From positions 1 through 15,444 of the forward strand of contig CAWHOE010000013.1 in NCBI GenBank assembly GCA_963830915.1: a stretch of DNA of 15,444 bases, read 5' to 3'. The translations under genes and the position numbers were made by a program. Within the stretch, counting starts at the first letter, position 1, and every line of letters starts with the position of its first letter. The stretch is from a candidate division FCPU426 bacterium (GTDB taxonomy: Bacteria; Oederibacteriota; Muellerivitia; Muellerivitales; Muellerivitaceae). This document shows, in pieces, positions 1 through 6,228 of the stretch. The notes under the pieces were generated by a model. It did no database searches, was not told the origin of the DNA, and was given only the letters and a program-made list of their open reading frames with translations.

Positions 1-2
1 TC

Positions 3-761
3 AACGCGGGAGGGCGGGAAATCGATGTGGCCCATCTTAAGCAGATGTCCAAAGGGATGGACTTGACCATCGATGTCTTCTCGGACGAGACCGCATTCAT
101 CGCCCTGCAAGGGCCCAAGGCTCACGAGGTCCTCTCCCGGCTGGTCAAGGACGCGGACTTGACCAAGATCCCCTATTTCGGCTTCGGACTCGGGACCCTC
201 CAGGGCGTCCCGGTTACCCTCATGGCGACCGGATACACGGGCGAGGATGGCTATGAGATCGTGGTTCCCCTAAAGAACGCTACCCAGATCTGGGAACTAT
301 TGGCAACTCAGAAAGAAGTGACGCCTTGCGGATTGGGCGCCAGGGATTCGCTGAGGCTTGAAGCGGGACTTCCCTTGCACGGAAACGATATCGACGAGAA
401 CACCCAGCCCTTCGAGGCTGGTTTAGGTTGGGCGGTGAAGATGGATAAAGAGGGAGGCTTCTTCGGCAGGGACGCCTTGAAACCAACCCCCTCCCGGAAG
501 CTGGTGGGCCTCACCTTGGAGGGCCAGGCCATCCCCCGGTCCCATTACAAGGTCTTCGCCAATGGGCAGGAAGCGGGTGAGGTGACCAGCGGGGTATTCG
601 GCCCCACCATAAAAAAGGGCATCGCTCTGGCTTACGTGAAGGCGGACCAGGTAAACCAACCTTTGACCGTCGATATCCGCGGTAAGGCTGTTCCGGCCCA
701 ATTGACCAAGCTTCCCTGGGTAAGGCATGTCACCAAAACCAAGGCCCCGGCCCTGAAATAG
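3..761 (+). CDS. gcvT: Glycine cleavage system aminomethyltransferase T protein (5'-truncated by window edge)
   Basis: Frame is open from nt 3 (NAGGREIDVAHL..., matching the GcvT 'VNA.n.ekD' region). Motifs IALQGPKA, TGYTGEDGYE, GLGARDSLRLEAGLPLHG and GEVTSG...GIALAYV. Lies upstream of gcvH/gcvP. Confidence 0.96.
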   Translation, partial: NAGGREIDVAHLKQMSKGMDLTIDVFSDETAFIALQGPKAHEVLSRLVKDADLTKIPYFGFGLGTLQGVPVTLMATGYTGEDGYEIVVPLKNATQIWELLATQKEVTPCGLGARDSLRLEAGLPLHGNDIDENTQPFEAGLGWAVKMDKEGGFFGRDALKPTPSRKLVGLTLEGQAIPRSHYKVFANGQEAGEVTSGVFGPTIKKGIALAYVKADQVNQPLTVDIRGKAVPAQLTKLPWVRHVTKTKAPALK

Positions 762-768
762 GCCGGGT

Positions 769-1017
769 GTCATTAGTGGTAGGCTAGATAACACCTGGTG
801 ATGACCCTAAAAACACTAGGTGATGAACCCAATGTCACTAGTGATGGCCCCTATAACACCGGGTGGTGATGTCTGAACACCTGGTGTTTTGCACGAATAC
901 ACTAGGTGGTGATGCTGGAACACCAGGTGTTTTGGCTGAAAACACCGGGTGGTGATGCCGGAACACCAGGTGATTTGCCTAAAAACACCAGGTGGTGAAG
1001 TCCGAACACCAGGTGTT
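769..1017. repeat. Tandem array of 12 short palindromic units (consensus AACACCWGGTG) at 21/22-bp spacing; last 8 units form four ~43-bp higher-order repeats
   Basis: Unit starts at 769 (degenerate), 790, 812, 834 (degenerate), 855, 876, 898, 919, 941, 962, 984 and 1005. The 43-bp dimers start at 855, 898, 941 and 984. Confidence 0.95.
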
Positions 1018-1079
1018 ACGCCGATAGTTTGGCGTTGTTATTCAGAATCTGAAAACAACAATTGGAAGAAAATAGCCCA

Positions 1080-1592
1080 ATGCCCAACATTGAGATCAAA
1101 GCCCACTATCCCAACCTTTCAAAAGCCCGGGGAATCGCCTTAAGACTTAAGGCGGCCTTTGTCGGCTATGACCGGCAGGTCGATACTTTTTATAAAGTGC
1201 CGAATGGAAGGCTCAAGGTAAGGGAGTCCTCCCTCAAAGGGGGCCAGTTGATACCTTATTTACGGCCCAATGTCCGCGGACCCAAGACCAGCCAATACGT
1301 CGTCATTCCCCTGCCAGACGTCGCCAAGACCAAGACGATCTTAAAGGAACTATTGGGATCGGTAGGACGGGTGGAAAAGAGTAGGGAATTATACCTTCTT
1401 GGGAACGTGCGGATCCATCTCGACCGGGTGAAAGGCCTGGGAAACTTCCTGGAGTTCGAGGCGGTTTTCAAGAAAGACACGGTCTTGAACCGAAAGATCG
1501 AAATAGCCAAGGTGGAAAAATTGATCAAGACCTTCCAGATCCGGCCCGATGCTCTTTTGAAAAATTCCTACCGTGAATTAGCCGGAAAATAA
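1080..1592 (+). CDS. CYTH-domain protein (class IV adenylate cyclase / triphosphate tunnel metalloenzyme family)
   Basis: N-terminal NIEIKA (ExExK-type motif) supports the ATG at 1080 rather than 1062. Also QVDTFY, GRLKVRE, VEKSRELY, IHLDRVKGLGNFLEFE and C-terminal SYRE. Confidence 0.9.
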   Translation: MPNIEIKAHYPNLSKARGIALRLKAAFVGYDRQVDTFYKVPNGRLKVRESSLKGGQLIPYLRPNVRGPKTSQYVVIPLPDVAKTKTILKELLGSVGRVEKSRELYLLGNVRIHLDRVKGLGNFLEFEAVFKKDTVLNRKIEIAKVEKLIKTFQIRPDALLKNSYRELAGK

Positions 1593-1677
1593 CCATCCCT
1601 CCAGAACGAACAAAAGGGAAACGGCCCCACCGTCCTTGATCCGGTCCTCGGATAAAGGTGGAAAAGTCGGCTGTTTT

Positions 1678-1686
1678 TGATATAGT
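1678..1686 (+). promoter_or_regulatory. Putative extended -10 promoter element upstream of gcvH
   Basis: TGaTATAGT about 130 nt upstream of the gcvH ATG; the -35 position (GTGGAA) is a poor match. Confidence 0.5.
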
Positions 1687-1818
1687 TTTGCCATTCACCG
1701 CCCTTCCAACATCAACCGACAAAACATTTTCACCTCCGAGAGACGACGACGCAGTCAAACCAAGATCTTCCGATCCTGGCTGTTACCGATCCTCGGCGGT
1801 CAATATTGAGGAGCTGTC

Positions 1819-2181
1819 ATGCGAAAATACGCCAAGACTCACGAGTGGTATGAAGACCTGGGTGCCGGCAAGGTCAAGATCGGCATCAGCAAACACGCCG
1901 CTCATGAGCTTTCGGACATCGTTTTTGTCGAGTTGCCCGACGTGGGAAAGAAACTTTCCGATAAACAGAGCGTCTGCGTGTTGGAATCGGTCAAAGCGGT
2001 CGCCGACGTCTACAGCCCGGCCGGGACGGTCGTGGAGGTGAACGGCAAACTGAAAGATACCGCCGGCCTGGTCAACCAGGACCCGGAAGGGGCGGGTTGG
2101 CTGGTCGTTGTTCAACTGGACAATCCCAAGGCCCTCGATGAGTACATCCCCGAGGATAAATACCTGGCCTCGCTCAGCTAA
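1819..2181 (+). CDS. gcvH: Glycine cleavage system H protein (lipoyl carrier)
   Basis: YAKTHEW, GISKHA..ELSDIVFVELP, lipoylation motif ESVKA, VNQDPEGAGWL. SD GAGGAG at 1808-1813. Confidence 0.97.
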   Translation: MRKYAKTHEWYEDLGAGKVKIGISKHAAHELSDIVFVELPDVGKKLSDKQSVCVLESVKAVADVYSPAGTVVEVNGKLKDTAGLVNQDPEGAGWLVVVQLDNPKALDEYIPEDKYLASLS

Positions 2182-2245
2182 ACACGGCTTTCTTGAACGG
2201 GAACCGTTCGCTTCCTGATTTCCCATTTCAAAAGAGGAGAGGACA

Positions 2246-4972
2246 TTGACCTATATTCCAATTACCGCGGCGGATGAAAAAGCCATGTTGGCGGCTATCG
2301 GGGTCAAATCGGTGGATGAGCTTTTTTCCGACGTTCCGCCATCGGTCATCCTCAAGAATGGGTTGAATCTTCCCAAAGGCATGTCCGAACCGGAACTCAA
2401 ACGCTTCTTCAATATGATCGGCAAGAACAACCAGCCTGTCTCCGACCGTCCCTGTTTCCTCGGCGCCGGGGTTTATTACCACGAGGTGCCCGCGGCGGTG
2501 AAAGCGGTAGTGACCCGGCCCGAGTTCCTGACTTCCTACACCCCCTATCAACCTGAGATCGCCCAGGGTACCCTCCAAGTCCTGTTCGACTTCCAGACCT
2601 ACATGGTGGAGCTCACCGGGTTAGAGGTTTCCAACGCGTCCCTCTATGACGGGGCTTCCGCGGTCGCCGAGGCGGCCTTGCTGGGATTGAGGATCAAGAA
2701 AGCTGAATCGTTCGTTTATGTCTCCAAAGCCGTTCATCCCGAATACCGTCAGGTCATCCAAACCTATTTGAACCCGCAAGGGCATAAGGTGCGGGAGATC
2801 GACTTGAAGGGCACGGAGACGGACCTGGAAACCTTGAAGACCACCCTTTGGCCCAACTCGGTGGTGATCATCCAATATCCCAATTTCTTCGGGACCATCG
2901 AGGATCTGGCGGCGATCTCCAAGATCTGCAAGGAAAAGAATTCCTACCTGATAGTGGCGGTCGCGGAGGCCATGGATCTGGCCCTGCTGCCATCGCCGGC
3001 TTCCCTGGGCGCGGATATTTGCGCCGGAAGCGCCCAATCCTTTGGGAATATCCTCTCTTTTGGGGGTCCTCACGCTGGTTTCCTGACGGTTCGGATGGAT
3101 GATATCCGCCAGATGCCGGGCCGGGTCGTGGGCGGGACCACCGACCGCAACCAAAAAGAAGGGTTCGTTCTGACATTCCAGACACGGGAACAGCATATCC
3201 GCCGGGAAAGGGCGGCCAGCAACGTTTGCACCACCCAGTCCCTGATGGCTAACTTCGCCTCAGCCTGGCTTTATATGAAGGGCGGGGCGGGGGCCCAACA
3301 GGCGGCCAAGGACGGCATCGCCACGGCTTACGCTCTGGCCGAGGAGATCAAAAAGATACCGGGGTTCAAGGTCGAGACAGTCCGCCACGCCAACGAGTTC
3401 GTGATCCGGCCGCCCTCGCCGGGCTTCGCCAGCTTCCTTTCCGAGTGGGGAATGGTCGCTCCCTATGACCTCTCAAAGGATTATCCGGAGTTCAAGGATT
3501 GTCTATTGGTGGCCTGCACCGAGATGACCACGCTCGAGGACATGGAATCCTTCTTGTTCGCCTGTAAGGAATTCGCGGGGGTCCCCAAGGTGGGGAAGAT
3601 CCATGAAAAACCCACCCAATTGCCTTCCTGGGTCAAGACCAGGGCCGTGCCAGCCATTGAGGAGCACGCCGAGATCGAATTGATCCGCTATTACACTGAA
3701 CTGGCCCGCAAAAATTTCTGCATTGATAACGGCTTCTATCCCCTGGGTTCCTGCACGATGAAATACAATCCCAAGGTGAACGAGGAGATCGCGTTTCAGG
3801 ACTGTTGGGCCAGCCTGCACCCTTCCCAGAACGAGGACGAGGTTCAGGGAGCTCTCCAGGTCATGTATGAGCTGGAACAATGGCTCAAGGAAGTCACGGG
3901 CTGTAAGGCCTTGACCCTACAACCCGCGGCCGGGGCCCAGGGAGAGTTGACGGCGCTCTTGATGGCCAAGCGCTATTTCGAGGATAAGGGCGAGCATCAA
4001 AGGGTGAATGTCATCGTTCCCGATTCCGCCCACGGCACCAACCCCGCTTCCGCCACCATGGCGGGATGGAAGACGGTCAGTGTTCCCACCGACGCGCGGG
4101 GGAATATGGACCTGGAAATACTCAAGACCAAACTGGGCAAGGACACGGCGGTCCTGATGTTGACCAACCCCAGCACCCTGGGATTGTTCGAGGAACATAT
4201 ACTCGAGGTGGCCAAGATGGTCCATGAGGCCGGCGGATTGCTTTATTACGACGGCGCCAACATGAACGCCATCCTGGGCATCTGCCGACCGGCGGACATG
4301 GGCTTCGACCTGGTGCATTTGAATCTTCACAAGTCCTTCGCGACTCCCCATGGCGGCGGCGGTCCGGGTTCGGGACCGGTGGGAGCCGTTGAGAAACTGG
4401 AACCCTATCTGCCTGAGCCCAGGGTCTATAAGGAAGGGAACCGTTATTACCTGAAGACAGGCTCGCCCCATTCCATCGGCCGGATGAAAGGCAATGTGGG
4501 GAACTTCGGTGTCCTGTTGCGAGCTCTGGCCTACTGCAAGCGCATTGGGAAAGAAGGATTGGAGCGGGTGGGCCGCGTCGCGACCCTGAACGCCAACTAT
4601 ATCCTGGCCCGCTTGAAGGGGTCCTATCCGGTGGCCTACGACCGCATCTGCAAGCATGAGTTCGTGCTGACCGCCGAGCCCCTGAAGAAACAATACGGGG
4701 TGTCGGCCCTGGATATCGCCAAGCGGTTGATCGATTTCAACTGCCACCCGCCCACCATCTATTTCCCGTTGGTGGTGCATGAAGCGGTCATGATCGAACC
4801 GACCGAGACCGAGCCCAAGAAAACGATGGACGAGTTCATCCAGGCCATGTTGACCATCCGCAAGGAGATGGAAACCAACCCGGACGTGTTCAAGAACGCG
4901 CCCTATTCCACCGCGGTCTCAAGGCTCGATGAGGTCAAAGCGGTCAAAGAACCCAAGTTGGTTCGCAAATAA
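2246..4972 (+). CDS. gcvP: Glycine dehydrogenase (decarboxylating) P protein, single-chain GcvPA-GcvPB-like fusion
   Basis: TTG start after SD AGGAGAGG. N-half has YTPYQPEIAQG, NASLYDG and REQHIRRERA. C-half has YPLGSCTMKYNPK, QPAAGAQGE, SAHGTNPASA and the PLP-lysine motif HLNLHKSF (Lys codon 4331-4333). Confidence 0.95.
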   Translation: MTYIPITAADEKAMLAAIGVKSVDELFSDVPPSVILKNGLNLPKGMSEPELKRFFNMIGKNNQPVSDRPCFLGAGVYYHEVPAAVKAVVTRPEFLTSYTPYQPEIAQGTLQVLFDFQTYMVELTGLEVSNASLYDGASAVAEAALLGLRIKKAESFVYVSKAVHPEYRQVIQTYLNPQGHKVREIDLKGTETDLETLKTTLWPNSVVIIQYPNFFGTIEDLAAISKICKEKNSYLIVAVAEAMDLALLPSPASLGADICAGSAQSFGNILSFGGPHAGFLTVRMDDIRQMPGRVVGGTTDRNQKEGFVLTFQTREQHIRRERAASNVCTTQSLMANFASAWLYMKGGAGAQQAAKDGIATAYALAEEIKKIPGFKVETVRHANEFVIRPPSPGFASFLSEWGMVAPYDLSKDYPEFKDCLLVACTEMTTLEDMESFLFACKEFAGVPKVGKIHEKPTQLPSWVKTRAVPAIEEHAEIELIRYYTELARKNFCIDNGFYPLGSCTMKYNPKVNEEIAFQDCWASLHPSQNEDEVQGALQVMYELEQWLKEVTGCKALTLQPAAGAQGELTALLMAKRYFEDKGEHQRVNVIVPDSAHGTNPASATMAGWKTVSVPTDARGNMDLEILKTKLGKDTAVLMLTNPSTLGLFEEHILEVAKMVHEAGGLLYYDGANMNAILGICRPADMGFDLVHLNLHKSFATPHGGGGPGSGPVGAVEKLEPYLPEPRVYKEGNRYYLKTGSPHSIGRMKGNVGNFGVLLRALAYCKRIGKEGLERVGRVATLNANYILARLKGSYPVAYDRICKHEFVLTAEPLKKQYGVSALDIAKRLIDFNCHPPTIYFPLVVHEAVMIEPTETEPKKTMDEFIQAMLTIRKEMETNPDVFKNAPYSTAVSRLDEVKAVKEPKLVRK

Positions 4973-4999
4973 AGGGACGGAACTTTTGAAAGCCAAAGC

Positions 5000-5881
5000 A
5001 TGAACAAAGTCTTGCCGGAAAAAGTCCCGTCTTTCCTCATCAACCCCCATCCGAAACGCGTCTTCCGGGACGCTATCGCCCAGCTGCCCATGAACGGCTT
5101 GACCACCATTTGCGAGGAGGCCAAGTGTCCCAACCGGGGCGAGTGCCTGCCCCTGCATGGGACCGTTTCCATCATGGTGATGGGCGGGATCTGCACCAGG
5201 GGATGCCCCTTTTGCGCCGTGGCCACCGGACGGCCCGAGCCATTGGACCCCCAAGAACCCCAAAAGGTCGTGGACCTGGCCAAAGCCTTGAAGGTCCGCT
5301 ACCTGGTCATGACGTCGCCCAATCGGGATGAGCTATCGGATGGGGGAGCTTCCCAGTTCGTCAAGATCATCTCCGCCCTTCGGACCTACGACCCGGCCCT
5401 CAAGATCGAGATCTTGGTCCCGGATTTCCAGGGCAAGGAATCGTCCTACGAAGTCCTACTACAAGGTCCGCCGGACATTTTGGCCCACGACCTGCAGACC
5501 GTTCCCCGCCTTTACGGTCCCATCCGCCCCGGCGCCTTCTACGAAAGGTCCTTAGCGTTGTTCCGCTGGTACAAGCAACGGCTCAAGGAATATTCAGGCC
5601 AGGTAACGTTGAAAGCGGGCTTGATGGTCGGCTTTGGGGAAACCGAACAGGAAGTTTGCCAGGTGTTGGAGGATTCGGCCAAAGCGGGCGTGGAATTTTT
5701 CACCATCGGCCAATATTTGAAGCCTCCCGGCTCCCAGTTGGATGTGACCGAATACGTGCCCCTGGAAAGATACGAGCGCTTCGTTGAGTTCGGAAAAACC
5801 CTTGGCTTGAAGGTCCAGGCCAGCCCTCTGACCCGTTCCAGTTATTTAGCCGACCGCTTGGCCCAACCCAGCCATGGATAA
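5000..5881 (+). CDS. lipA: Lipoyl synthase (radical SAM)
   Basis: Auxiliary-cluster motif CEEAKCPNRGEC (CX4CX5C), radical-SAM motif CTRGCPFC, TIGQYL and C-terminal RSSY. Follows the gcv genes. Confidence 0.93.
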   Translation: MNKVLPEKVPSFLINPHPKRVFRDAIAQLPMNGLTTICEEAKCPNRGECLPLHGTVSIMVMGGICTRGCPFCAVATGRPEPLDPQEPQKVVDLAKALKVRYLVMTSPNRDELSDGGASQFVKIISALRTYDPALKIEILVPDFQGKESSYEVLLQGPPDILAHDLQTVPRLYGPIRPGAFYERSLALFRWYKQRLKEYSGQVTLKAGLMVGFGETEQEVCQVLEDSAKAGVEFFTIGQYLKPPGSQLDVTEYVPLERYERFVEFGKTLGLKVQASPLTRSSYLADRLAQPSHG

Positions 5882-6212
5882 AGAGGTATATTTCTCGGAC
5901 GCCCTCCATCGGATCACCCTTCATACCGATCACAAGAAACCCATATTGGAAGCGGACCTGCTCGCTTTGGCCGAAAGGGGCGTGAAGAACCTGCCGGTCC
6001 GTTATCCGGGCCTCAAGGTCGTGGAGTTTTCCATCCGACCCAACCGCGTGGAACTAATCTTGGATTTCCAGAGACTGGACGAGGACGTGTTACGAGTGGT
6101 CCAGTCCTTCAAGTCCGAGGTGAAGAACCTGGCCAAGAAAAAGGGATTCGTCGAGGACAACTTATGGCAATGGGAATATGAGGATGTTTGGGTCCCGCCG
6201 GCCGGGAAATAG
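5874..6212 (+). CDS. Small protein resembling a RAYT / IS200 Y1 transposase fold with lost catalytic residues
   Basis: Ordered segments HRITLHT, LPVRYP, SIRPNRVELIL (cf. MPNHxH), VVQSFKS and LWQWEYED (cf. WQrxyxDh). Ends before the usual YIxxNP catalytic Tyr helix. Overlaps the lipA end by 8 nt. Confidence 0.6.
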   Translation: MDKEVYFSDALHRITLHTDHKKPILEADLLALAERGVKNLPVRYPGLKVVEFSIRPNRVELILDFQRLDEDVLRVVQSFKSEVKNLAKKKGFVEDNLWQWEYEDVWVPPAGK

Positions 6213-6228
6213 GGGACCTTCGACGTTC

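Noticed and set aside
769..1017. CRISPR array
   Set aside because: Repeats (11-13 bp) and linkers (10-11 bp) are far too short, the linkers themselves repeat in alternation, and no cas genes are in the window.
949..1143. 64-aa ORF starting inside the array
   Set aside because: It is a by-product of the repeat, overlaps the CYTH gene out of frame and has no convincing RBS. The 43-bp period is not codon-compatible.
1613..1637. Possible terminator after the CYTH gene
   Set aside because: It is only a short bulged stem (AAGG-gaa-ACGG/CCGT-CCTT) without a U-tract.
1691..1818. Canonical glycine riboswitch
   Set aside because: The conserved GGAGA / CCGAAG / CUCUCAGG elements and the tandem aptamer arrangement are not present.
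2194..2208. Small hairpin GAACGG-gaa-CCGTTC between gcvH and gcvP as a terminator
   Set aside because: The 6-bp stem has no proper U-tract. It could stabilise gcvH mRNA but is too weak to call.
3603..3605. Separate gcvPB start (ATG after GGGGAAG)
   Set aside because: It is out of frame with the GcvPB-like sequence and its translation (MKNPPNCLPGSR...) is not GcvPB-like.
5874..6212. Active IS200/IS605 element
   Set aside because: HUH histidines and catalytic Tyr are absent, there is no tnpB, and the tight flanks leave no room for subterminal hairpin ends.
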